This document shows, piece after piece, positions 54,343-64,000 of a stretch of DNA of 64,000 bases (positions are counted from its first letter, which is position 1; the number at the start of each line of letters is the position of its first letter). The notes beneath the pieces are model-generated. The model worked only from the letters and a program-made list of their open reading frames with translations, ran no database searches and had not been told where the DNA came from. A program made the position numbers and the translations under genes. Location of the stretch: NCBI GenBank assembly GCA_000002445.1, contig CP000070.1, forward strand, positions 736,001 to 800,000. Reading direction: 5' to 3'. The DNA is from Trypanosoma brucei (taxonomy: Eukaryota).

Positions 54343-56433
54343 GCAAGTGATTGTGAAAAGGAGTGATGAATCATCAGATGGCATCTTGGCTTTGCTGCTG
54401 TTTTGTGGACTTGTTCTCCAAATTGTGCAATAGAGGACAAGGTGAACACACATACATCCCGATACGTACATGTTTAGGGGTCTGTGCTCACTTGTGTATG
54501 TGCCTGTGTTTAGCGCTTTATATTTAAGCTTCCCCTCCTTTCTTTCTTTCTTTTTAAAATTTTGGGGTCGGTATACATCACTTATTTGTTTATTTATCTA
54601 AGCACCTCCCCATCCGAACACATACGTACACAAACACGCAGTTACTTCATTGACCTGAACGGAATACAGGTATGCAGTGATTGATCATCGCGCTGTGTGC
54701 GTGTGTGTAAGCGAAAGGCGTAAAAGTGCCACACGCTTCCCTCTGCCATCTCCCGCGCGAATGTGGTCGATGAATGGCGGAAGTCAAACGGGAATGGTAG
54801 ACAAGAAAGGAGGGAAGGGAATTGAACGATGGGTGTAATGCTGAGGATTGCAAAAAAAAAAGAAAAATAATGATAAAGAAAAACAGGTAGGACCGGGGAT
54901 GGAGAGAAATAACAGAACTAAGGGGGGTATAGTCCCGTTTCAATGTTGTGATACTGTTCTGACCATAGCTGTGGCAGAAATGAAGCAACGGTCGGAGCGG
55001 TGGGAATCGTTGGAAATGGGCTATGATAATTGACTGAGAATCAGGAGCGTGTAGGGGCGCCTTTTAATAAATTTATACGAATGATGAGATGAGAGGAGTG
55101 GGTGAGGGCTCCCTATGGTCGTACATCCGGTTTTAAGTTCACTCTGTTTTGGATTACACTTTGTTACACACGCACATGCGCGCAAATAATCGTTTGTGCA
55201 TTTTTTGGCAAACCCGCCCATGGGCGTGTGCGTACTTGTATATATATATATATGTACTAATAAGCACCAGTGTAGCGCATATTACACACGAGTACAGGCG
55301 GACGCGTGCGTTTTGCGGACTGGTTTAAAATAATACCTTCAGCGCCCTAGCTATGTCTTTGGCATGTTTCCAGAGGATGGAAAGAAGGCAAAAGAAAGAA
55401 AAAAATAAGAGTGAAGTGTCCGATTAAATATAAAGGGTTAATCATATTTTTGTGCGAAGCGTAAGGGTTGATGGAAGGCGCGGAACATGTGTTGCAATCC
55501 TCTTTCCTATTACCATTTCGCCCCTTTCTTCGAATAAGAAGGAAAGAATTGAAACTGTGGTGTGTGTGGAGAGGGGAGCGGTATTCTACGGAGGAGAAAA
55601 GGAAGGAACGACAACGACAACAAGTTGGTTTGTAGAAAATGCGCGAACGGACACTGGTCTTGTGCCTTTCGTTTCATTTTTTTTGTTGTAAAGGGGAAGG
55701 GGGGGGGATGTATTAACTAAACCTCATATATACAACGTGTGGTGTAGCGGCAAGGCGGCATGATCCACTTTTGGTATTGTTTGTATTGTTTTTTCTTTTG
55801 AGTGTTCGAACGTTTCCTTGTTCATGCATACTTCCCTTTGACATCGTAGCCGCTTCTTTCTCTACCTTTTTTGTGCTCTTTTCTAGTGCATGTGCATTGT
55901 GTATGTACGTATGCATGTGTGCGTGCGGTTTTGTGCTTGGCGTACACATTGTCTGTATATTATTTCACCTCTTATTGCGATTCGTCCTTTTGTTAATCCA
56001 GCTAATCATTGTTGTTCTTCATCCTCTTTTTTTTAAACCAACATTATCACACACCCCTTTTTCTTTGTGTACGGTGGTGACTCGCTTCACAACGGTTATC
56101 CACTTGTGCAAACAAACGGGAAACATTAAGGAACAACACCTAGGAAAGGGAAAGGAAGACGAATAATAATAATAATAAAGGCGCTGGTAATAAGCAAAGG
56201 CCGACCGGAGAAGGAATTTATCCAATCGGTTAGTTAGTGAGTGAGCGTCTTGTTGGCTGGCTTGAATTACCAAACAAGCATATTGGCACGCGGGAGGGTA
56301 CGTTGGTGGCGTATAATTACATCTATTTTAGTGAAAGGAGGGAGAAACGGGAGTCAGTTCGTGATCTTTCACTTGCTGTTTCTCTTCCCTTTATTTGGCG
56401 TGCTTGTACTTACTCTTTACTTGAATCAGTGCA

Positions 56434-56754
56434 ATGCCCGCGGCGGAGTCCTCGACGCTCATCGGCTTTCTTCAGCAGCTGCGTGGGACGCAAGTTGAGA
56501 TTGAGATGATGAACTCGACCATTGTCACCGGGGAAATAACATTCGTGGAAGCCAACATGAATACATACATGCGTCATGTGAAGATAACGGCAAAGGGGAA
56601 AAATCCCGAAATGGCTGAGACGTATATGGTTTGTGGCAGTAAAATCCGTTACGTAATTCTTCCAGAGGCAATGAATACGGACGATGTGCTTGTGAAAGCT
56701 GCGGCCGCGAAGGCGAGACCGGGAAGCAAAAGGACGGAGCGATCAAATGAGTGA
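56434..56754 (+). CDS. SMD1: Sm-D1 small nuclear ribonucleoprotein (Sm fold)
   Basis: LIGFLQQLRGTQVEIEMMNSTIVTGEITFVEANMNTYMRHVKIT...IRYVILPEAMNTDDVLV aligns along its whole length with human SmD1 ([44 protein letters not shown]...IRYFILPDSLPLDTLLV). The Sm1 and Sm2 motifs are intact and the C-terminus is basic. Confidence 0.8.
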   Translation: MPAAESSTLIGFLQQLRGTQVEIEMMNSTIVTGEITFVEANMNTYMRHVKITAKGKNPEMAETYMVCGSKIRYVILPEAMNTDDVLVKAAAAKARPGSKRTERSNE

Positions 56755-57577
56755 GTGTTCCTGCGGCCGAGGGACGGGACTCGTTTTTAAGGGAAAGAGC
56801 GGGAAAGTGAAGGCACACACGAAGGCGCAAAGAGAGGAAGGGAGCGAGAGAATTCCTCTTTCCAGAGATGCGCACTGCAAAGGAACCCCTCCATTTCCTG
56901 TTTCTCTCCTCGTCGCCGCTGCCGTCATGTTCTTTTTTTCGGTTTCTGGTACGTATCTATGACTCCGAGGGGAGCAGAAAAAAGAAAAACAAAACCGACC
57001 AACACTTTGGTGAGCTACTTTCTCATTACTTCGTTTGTGCCCCTGTGCTACTGTTTGGCTTCTCCCATCACAGACATACACACACACATATATATATATA
57101 AATAGCGGAGCTGTCGTTCACTACTATAACACACTTTTTCCACTTTTTTTTTCTTGACAACTCATACTACTCATTGCAACGTGTGTGCGATGGTTGAAAA
57201 AACTCAACACACCATCGCGAAAACAACAATGCAAACATTACAATGACATTTAGGGGCCAACCATAGTGTATCATTACAGGACCACTGTGAGGAATTATAG
57301 GAGCCTAGAGATACTCTAAACGAAGGGGAAATAGTGACACGTTGCTGTCGTTGGCACACGCCTCCCCTTTTCATTGTGTTATCACAGACACCCACGCGCG
57401 TACTTAACAAAAGAAGGGGGAGAGAAACGTACTTCAACCGTCTACTATTACATCTCGTAGGAGTGATAGACGGGTACATAGATTAAGTAGATCGATAGAC
57501 ATATATTACTCACCGTCTCGGCCTTTGGGGGCCTCCTCTTTAATTTTTTAAAAGTTCTTTCGTCGACTCTCTTAGTC

Positions 57578-60484
57578 GTGTGCACTCCGCTTAATTCACT
57601 TGCGGCGGGACACATGGACGTGGCAGCATTACGTCGATTGCAGCATCGCATGGAGGCGCGCGGTAGGGCCGCCCAAAGCTGCGTTGTGAATTGTGACTAC
57701 AGTAGACCACATTGCACCTGCGTGCCGCGCCATCAGCATGATGAGGGAGGAGGTAGGGATGACACCGAAGTGGCGACCGCTTCAAATCATATCAACAAGC
57801 AGGGCAACAACGGCAATAGCTCCATAGTCACTCTCAGTGGCGCCGCGCGGTCGTGGCTGGTGCAACGGCTGGAGGACATAGAAGTAGATATAACGGGAGG
57901 TGCTGCGCAGCACAGTCGGGCCGTCCCGTGCTGCTGCAGTTGCTGTCAAGGTTACCATCACAGCTACCATGAGCCAAAGGAAGGCTCCAATGTGTATGCG
58001 GGATGTTTAAATGGGAAAGGCAGCGAAAAGGGACAAGCGGCAACACCGTCAGTGAGTGAGGTACGTGCTGATTGTATTCAGCAACAGGCTGATGGCTCTC
58101 CCACCGTGGCGGATGGGCGCATCAATTCCTCTTCACCAGCTCCACGAACGTACGACGTGCCGACTCTTAGGGGAACTCAAAATGTGCTCAAACCTGCCAA
58201 ATCATCAAAGTTGCTACATGCTTTACTCCGGAACGCGCAGATGGTTGCAGTACCAGCAAAGGCACGAGAGTGGGAAAACGACCCCGAGAGTGAGCCTGAC
58301 ACTCCCTCGCGTAGCGCAGGTTCAACGTTGGAAAGTGCCAAAAGGGTATTCAGGGAACGGAAGCGAGCTGCTACCGTGCCAAAAACACATAGTGCTACCG
58401 AGTCTACCCGTACTTCTGCCATGCGGACTCGATCGTCGTCGCTTCTACCGACAGATAGGCAGCATCGGACCGCAACAGAGACAGCAACGGAGGGTTATTC
58501 CCAACCTCCGTCCGTTACTGTGTATCCCCACGTCAACCGTGAGGTGTCTCAGCGTCCTGTTGGGGTTAGTCCAAGGGATGCAGCAACCGACACATCGCCT
58601 TTAAAGTCCGTTGTAGAGCGCTCGGTGCAGTGCACACCGTTGGTAACATCGGCATCCACCCAGCGAGCGCTTGCCCTTTCGGTTGCTATACAAACAGAGG
58701 ACGTCGCCGACCCTTCGCGTTCGTTTCCAAAGGGATCTTCGGGGTCCCTTGCGGGGAAGCAGTTGCAGCAATCATCCTCGACTAGCACTAACGGCCCTGC
58801 TACTCTCTCAGCGGAGGTGACGTCTCCGACATCGCGGTCAGGAGCGTCGGAGTCTCACGAACAAGGTTCAGCAGGACGATATGTTTCTAACACAAAAGCA
58901 ACGACAGCAACGATGGAACCGTCACCAACTGAAGTTATTAACGCCCTGCGTGAGAAATTGCTGTTAGAGAAAGCGGATGCGTACGTACGTTTGCTGGAGC
59001 AGCAAGTGAGTGGAGAGCTTCATACAAAGGGCAGAGTAGAGGAGGAAGAGGCGCACGCTCGAAGTCACAACCAGGAGAGGATTCTTTCTTTACTTTCCCG
59101 CCTGCACCAGGAAGACCGAGAGATCATGGAGGCCTTGTATGACGCCGTGAATGAGAAAGAGACCCTAGAACAAGCCCGCAGTCTGGTAGCATCCTCTCTT
59201 CCTGTTTCATCTCCGTCTGTCTCCGCTTCCGCTTCCGTGCCTCCTCCAGGGCAGTCCTTCGGTGATGTTTCCCAGGAGTCGATGCAGACCTCAGCGCGGC
59301 CGGTGTACGGTAAAAACTCATTTCCAGAAGAGGTGTTGGCCGCGTATGAACAGTGTTCAGCGGAACCGTCACCGCATCCTAAACCGCCAGCAGGCATGAC
59401 GCCACTGACTACAGCGGGATCCCCACAGACAGAAGTTTCACAGGGGAGCATGAGGGCTTGGGTCGACAGATACTTCAGCGACTCTCTGGACCCGCAGCAC
59501 CGGGCACTCCTGCATCACGTTCTTCTTTCGAGGGAGGCGGAAGTTCGACGTGCTGAAGCTGCGGAGTCACAATGCAGGAAATTAAAAAGCAGGCTCTGCA
59601 CCGCGGATGCACCGTCGTTGATGTTAACAGAAGGATCAGGGAAACATGAAAGTCAGAAACTGAGCGTCCCAGCCGTTTCAGGTGGAAACGAGGAGGAATC
59701 AAAGGTACCCGACCTCCGACGCGATGGATCGGGGATCAAGTCTAGCGAGCTGAGTTGTTCAATGCCACCACCGGCCCCACCACGAACTGAAAACCTCCCC
59801 AGTCGCGGCAACGATCGTGCGGTGAACGCTTGTGGTGCTAACCCTTCCGCTACTTCCTCTTCTCCTTCGAGGGCGGTAAACGAGGAGGAACTGCAGCGCT
59901 GGAAAAGCCGCTGTGACGCTATTGAACAACAACACCGCGCCAGTGTTCATCGATTAGCGGAGCTACAAACTTATATTGAGCAGCTGCGGCGCGATGCTCA
60001 CCAAGCGGTCGTAAAAGTTGCGACTGCCGGCACCGTTACAGTGCCCACCGCTCCCAATCTCCCCACCACCACGCTGCCGCAGCCAAACGAATCGACTGTC
60101 CAAATGTCTTCCGTCCGTGACATGTGGTCTCCAGGGAGCGGCCCCACGAGAGGCGTGAGTGATACATTGTCTTTTACGCAGCCACCATCCAGCACGTGTC
60201 AACCCCACTCGACAGTAGCGCCTCTGTCTACTTTTGAGCGGCCTTCCAAACCAGCAACAGAAATGGGACCCCTTAGCGGCGTGACTCCTCCCACTTCCCT
60301 TTATCCCACTTCTGTTCCTACTACTACCACCGTACAGACGTCTACTGGAAACCGTGAGGCAGCATTGCAGATGCTTCGGGAGGAGTTGGATGCAGAATGC
60401 TCTCGGTTTGCTGATGAATCACGCCGCTGGCAACAGTTTGTGGAAACCCAGAGAATTTCTTTACAGAAGGGTAAGGGTGGCTGA
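57578..60484 (+). CDS. Large S/T/P-rich hypothetical protein (968 aa) with short coiled-coil segments
   Basis: Continuous 2.9-kb ORF with coding-like GC3. Low-complexity Ser/Thr/Pro-rich regions interspersed with helical stretches (LREKLLLEKADAYVRLLEQQV; LQRWKSRCDAIEQQHRASVHRLAELQTYIEQLRRDA). Alternative start at Met 57614 (MDVAALRRLQ). Confidence 0.5.
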   Translation: MCTPLNSLAAGHMDVAALRRLQHRMEARGRAAQSCVVNCDYSRPHCTCVPRHQHDEGGGRDDTEVATASNHINKQGNNGNSSIVTLSGAARSWLVQRLEDIEVDITGGAAQHSRAVPCCCSCCQGYHHSYHEPKEGSNVYAGCLNGKGSEKGQAATPSVSEVRADCIQQQADGSPTVADGRINSSSPAPRTYDVPTLRGTQNVLKPAKSSKLLHALLRNAQMVAVPAKAREWENDPESEPDTPSRSAGSTLESAKRVFRERKRAATVPKTHSATESTRTSAMRTRSSSLLPTDRQHRTATETATEGYSQPPSVTVYPHVNREVSQRPVGVSPRDAATDTSPLKSVVERSVQCTPLVTSASTQRALALSVAIQTEDVADPSRSFPKGSSGSLAGKQLQQSSSTSTNGPATLSAEVTSPTSRSGASESHEQGSAGRYVSNTKATTATMEPSPTEVINALREKLLLEKADAYVRLLEQQVSGELHTKGRVEEEEAHARSHNQERILSLLSRLHQEDREIMEALYDAVNEKETLEQARSLVASSLPVSSPSVSASASVPPPGQSFGDVSQESMQTSARPVYGKNSFPEEVLAAYEQCSAEPSPHPKPPAGMTPLTTAGSPQTEVSQGSMRAWVDRYFSDSLDPQHRALLHHVLLSREAEVRRAEAAESQCRKLKSRLCTADAPSLMLTEGSGKHESQKLSVPAVSGGNEEESKVPDLRRDGSGIKSSELSCSMPPPAPPRTENLPSRGNDRAVNACGANPSATSSSPSRAVNEEELQRWKSRCDAIEQQHRASVHRLAELQTYIEQLRRDAHQAVVKVATAGTVTVPTAPNLPTTTLPQPNESTVQMSSVRDMWSPGSGPTRGVSDTLSFTQPPSSTCQPHSTVAPLSTFERPSKPATEMGPLSGVTPPTSLYPTSVPTTTTVQTSTGNREAALQMLREELDAECSRFADESRRWQQFVETQRISLQKGKGG

Positions 60485-61401
60485 GTCTGGCACCCCTGCT
60501 GTTTTATACGTGTATCACTTTTGCTGTTCTGTGCCGCTGTCTCTATATTCTACCAGCATCGTCACTGTTGTTCCCAGTTGTTGCGGCAAATCTTCCCTAC
60601 CTCTTGTACAATGATAGGGGAAGGAGGGGAGAGTAGACACGTATAAACTAGGAATCAAAAGTGGTAGTTTCTTTTTTGCCAGCGGACAAAGGCTATCGAA
60701 ACATACGCCCCTTTATAATTAAGCGTAGAAAAGAAACAAAAAGGAGGTTGCTTGATTAAGTATCGGTCTCTTGTCTCTCTTTTATTTGTTGTACCGTGTG
60801 CGTCCCAGTGGGTGTAGTTGCTGTTGGCAGGCAGAACATTTGACTTTTCAGATTTTTCTTCCCTTCTTTCGTTCGTCCCTTCCCTTCCACTCTTCCATTA
60901 CACATTTGACTAACAAATTAACACGGCAAACGCTTCTCGGCATGCCTGGAAAAATATTTGTGTTAATTGGCCCTTCAATCGCGTGACCTGTTGATCTTCC
61001 CCCCTTTCTCTTCTCTACGTTTCGATTTCTATGATTAGACTTGAGGTGGTGCTCGTCGCATTGTGGACAAGGGGGTTGTAGCGGCTGAAAACCACACCGA
61101 GCCCGTTTGATTTTTTTTTATCGAAACAGTTTTTTCAAGAGCGCTGCCTCTTCGACCGCTCACGTGCTTGGGCTAACACCGGAAAGTTAACAAAGGCGAC
61201 TGTGGCCGTAGGAGCGGAACATTAACTTCATCTTCCTCATCGTCACCCGCCTATTAGGCGGTAAAGAAGTCTGAGGGGATCCAGTGAAGTGGCAACAGCA
61301 TTAATATTAGTGGTTTTTACCGATTCTTTCTGTTGTACTAATTTAGCATTGGTGGTTTACCCAATCGCATTCTTTCGTTTTTAGTTAACGACATCATAAT
61401 C

Positions 61402-61986
61402 GTGTGTGTGGTAGACATTCAGACGATGAGCACTTTATCATCGTGGCTCACGGGAGGTAAGACAGGTGGAGGTAAGGAATCCGAGAAAGAAGACGCAGCA
61501 GCCATTGCTGCCAGGAATGAGTTGCTCAACGTCATAGAGGGGGCCCCACCATCGCTTGTCAGCCAACAGGCGGACCAGTTTGCTTTTTTACGCAGCAACG
61601 CAAGACACAAGATTGCAGATGTGGTGCTGGCACTGACAGCATATACCTTCAGTGGGTTCATTCATATGTACGGCCAAAGCACGGCGCTCACTACCCTCTC
61701 CATGTGGGCTGCAGGGACCACCTTCTTTCTTAACATGCAAGTACGAAAGGTTTTTGAGTTGGAGGATGAGACGAGACGGAAACAAGCCGTGATTGACATG
61801 GGTTTGCAGGAAAAGAATGTTTTCCAGCTAGAAGCTGTAGCCTCGTGGGTGTGGATGCTTTCCTCCCTGCAACAGTTTAAGATTCACAAGCGACTGAAGT
61901 ACTGCGGGTACAGCAGCTGGACAGCGCTTTGTTGCTGCACTTACTTCACCTTTCGTCACATGTACCAGATGCTTCTCGAAGCGTAA
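61402..61986 (+). CDS. Small hypothetical membrane protein (194 aa; ~3 predicted hydrophobic segments)
   Basis: ADVVLALTAYTFSGFIHMY, ALTTLSMWAAGTTFFL and ASWVWMLSSL are hydrophobic segments. The N-terminus is G/K-rich. The start may be Met 61426 (MSTLSS). Confidence 0.4.
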   Translation: MCVVDIQTMSTLSSWLTGGKTGGGKESEKEDAAAIAARNELLNVIEGAPPSLVSQQADQFAFLRSNARHKIADVVLALTAYTFSGFIHMYGQSTALTTLSMWAAGTTFFLNMQVRKVFELEDETRRKQAVIDMGLQEKNVFQLEAVASWVWMLSSLQQFKIHKRLKYCGYSSWTALCCCTYFTFRHMYQMLLEA

Positions 61987-62591
61987 CCCCTCCTTCCCTC
62001 CTTCCACCCACCCGCTCATCCCTCAAAAAAAAAAAATGGTGATTTTTTTTTTTTGAGCAGGGGGCGAATCTGTGGGAACGGAAAAAAAAAGGTAAGAAGA
62101 GTATTCATTTTGTGGAAAAGAAATGGGCTGCCACGATACTCGGGCCATTGTTCCCCTCTCAGACACGCGACCACAGCTTTTTTTTCACCTCTGTTCACTA
62201 TCATCAGTTTGTTATTTTGTCGAACGACAAGCGTTGTTTGTCACACATGCGCGACTATGGTTACTACTTTCCGACCTAGAAGTTACTCTTTGCACCATGA
62301 TCGGATACCGCTGGTTACCTTTTTCAGGTGTTTTGTCTGTAATCATGAAGTTTTCCCTCCTTTGTTGTTATTATTACTCTCTTGTTTTGTTTCGAGGTGC
62401 CACAGCGCAGTCATAAACGTAGGTAAAGGCTTACTTGAAGGCAAAACATCGGGTGTAGAACCCTCACGCACTACGTAAACCCGCACAGGTAGGTTGAACA
62501 TACGGACTTTTAAGCACTGCATATTGACACGTATATAATACACGGTTAATTTAATATATTTTCTTCGTGGTTTACCAAAACCATAGGTGGG

Positions 62592-64000
62592 ATGGTGAAA
62601 ACGGTGTCGTCGTTGAATTCGGTGGATAAACTCTCACATGGAACGGTTAGTGAATCCTCATCCCGCGCGCAAGGTCAGTGCCCGCAACGTGTGTTGCGAG
62701 AGTTGAGGGACTACTTGAGCATAACACCCCACAATGAGGCAGACGGCTTAACAGAAGCATATCTCCTGCGCTGCTTAGAGGCCACCGAACATTCCATTCC
62801 GAAAACGGTACAACTTCTAAGGCAGCGGCGTGTATTTGAGCAAACTTTCCCCACCATTCGGCTGACACCCCAGGTTCTAACGGCTTTACGTAGTGGTGCA
62901 ATTTCCACCATTGGCCGGGACCTGCAAGGCCGACTTGTACTGTATATCCACCCAAAGTGCTTTAAGCAGGACCCGCTAGACGAACAGGAAACTCAGCGCC
63001 TATTTGTTATCGTTATGGAGTACGCCCTGGGGTGTTGCACAGCGAACCAAGCACCTCAGCAGGTGTTAACGACAGAGTCTCCACGTGTTGTACACACAGA
63101 TAGAAGGACTTCTGCTAGTGAAGTGCAGAAGCAACAAATTGTCGTCCTAGTAAACGAAGAAGGCTCCTCGTGGCATTCTAGTAATATGGCTCTATCTAGG
63201 GCAAAATCACTGCTTGCGCTGTTGACAAAATACTACCCTAGGTTGGTTGTGCAAATACTTCTTTATCAACCATCGTGTGATGTTAAGCTGTTGGTGAAGC
63301 ATGTCCTTCCGAGCGGCCCGGCAGCGTCAGGTGCACTGACTGCAGTAGAAGTGGTGACACCGAATCATATTCAAAAGTATATTAGTCCCACAACACTTCC
63401 TGAGGAACTCGGCGGTACAAGCAATTTTGTGAGCTCCTCCTCTTCTTCCGCATTTGCCGATGCCGTGCTCCGCCACTGGTTTCTGGAAACGAGTTACCTT
63501 CTGACGGAAGATGCCTCGTCACGACCCATCTGGAAGTTGCCACCGTGCACAGTTGCAGCAGCTGGATGGTCGAACCTTCTTGCTCGTGCCTCGGCTGCGG
63601 CTGTAGCAAAATGTGGGACAACAAATTACGTTGCAATAACTGACGGTAATGAGGGAGCGGATTACCATGTAGATCCGCTCAGCGGCGAGGTGAACAGGGA
63701 GCAACTCCACGCGCGTGTGGATAACTGGGTGCAGGAGTCCCACGTGATGTACTCTCGATGTCGCGGTCAGATCCGGTGTTCTAGCGCTGAAGCGGAAAAT
63801 GATGACGGCGGCGGCTCGATCCTCTCCGATGTGCATTTTTTGTCCTGCCGTGAAGCGGAGTTATCGACCTCGGATGTATGGTTGGGTGTGGATGGGTTTA
63901 ACAGCGCAGCAGAGAGGGAAGCGTTGCTCAGGGAGCTGCAGAATGAGCGCAATCGCCGCTTTGCGATGGAAAAACAACTTTTGAACAGCCGAACGAGCCT
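62592..64000 (+). CDS. CRAL-TRIO (SEC14-like) lipid-binding domain protein, 3'-truncated by the window end
   Basis: Manual translation from ATG 62592 (an in-frame TAA lies at 62547-62549 upstream). The frame is open to the window end (~469 codons). It is absent from the ORF track because no stop is reached. CRAL-TRIO N-terminal-like EAYLLRCLEATEHSIPKTVQLLRQRRVF. Core-like region LQGRLVLYIHP...IVVLVNEEGSSWHSSNMALSRAKSLLALLTKYYPRLVVQILLYQPSCDVKLLVKHVLP. Confidence 0.55.
   Translation, partial: MVKTVSSLNSVDKLSHGTVSESSSRAQGQCPQRVLRELRDYLSITPHNEADGLTEAYLLRCLEATEHSIPKTVQLLRQRRVFEQTFPTIRLTPQVLTALRSGAISTIGRDLQGRLVLYIHPKCFKQDPLDEQETQRLFVIVMEYALGCCTANQAPQQVLTTESPRVVHTDRRTSASEVQKQQIVVLVNEEGSSWHSSNMALSRAKSLLALLTKYYPRLVVQILLYQPSCDVKLLVKHVLPSGPAASGALTAVEVVTPNHIQKYISPTTLPEELGGTSNFVSSSSSSAFADAVLRHWFLETSYLLTEDASSRPIWKLPPCTVAAAGWSNLLARASAAAVAKCGTTNYVAITDGNEGADYHVDPLSGEVNREQLHARVDNWVQESHVMYSRCRGQIRCSSAEAENDDGGGSILSDVHFLSCREAELSTSDVWLGVDGFNSAAEREALLRELQNERNRRFAMEKQLLNSRTS

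Noticed and set aside
54647-54988. 113-aa minus-strand ORF in the 2-kb gap upstream of Sm-D1
   Set aside because: It would be the only minus-strand gene in a unidirectional cluster. It is low complexity with no motifs. Long UTRs are more likely.

Overview
This window looks like a trypanosomatid nuclear chromosome segment, most consistent with Trypanosoma brucei. The histone H2A protein sequence and the tandem-array organisation are typical of T. brucei. Every credible gene lies on the + strand, so the window sits inside a single polycistronic transcription unit. There are no introns, and polypyrimidine tracts with AG acceptors precede the start codons.

Features, in order along the window:
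- 1-4583: the 3' end of a 909-bp tandem histone H2A array with five complete H2A CDS copies.
- A BCS1-like AAA ATPase.
- A MICU-like EF-hand protein.
- A Dicer/RIG-I-type DExH helicase with C-terminal dsRBD-like motifs.
- A 3.9-kb segment present twice in direct orientation (12358-16243 and 25035-28909, ~99.9% identical). Each copy carries an Hbn1/Frm2-type small nitroreductase-like gene, a 61-aa transmembrane small ORF and a 312-aa conserved hypothetical gene. The two copies flank a kinesin and an NPRL2 (GATOR1)-like gene.
- A WD40 protein.
- A 2.9-kb gene-free microsatellite-rich gap.
- A 1196-aa hypothetical protein.
- A 387-aa putative mitochondrial outer-membrane beta-barrel (TAC42/VDAC-like class).
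- An SLC35B-type nucleotide-sugar transporter.
- An RS-rich RRM-like protein.
- A Kelch+BTB (LZTR1-like) protein.
- A coiled-coil protein.
- An MFS transporter.
- An Sm-D1 protein.
- A large S/T/P-rich protein.
- A small membrane protein.
- A 3'-truncated CRAL-TRIO/SEC14-like ORF that runs off the window end and is missing from the ORF track.

I found no tRNA, rRNA, CRISPR or transposon. Product names come only from motif-level reading of the translations and should be confirmed by HMM or BLAST searches.
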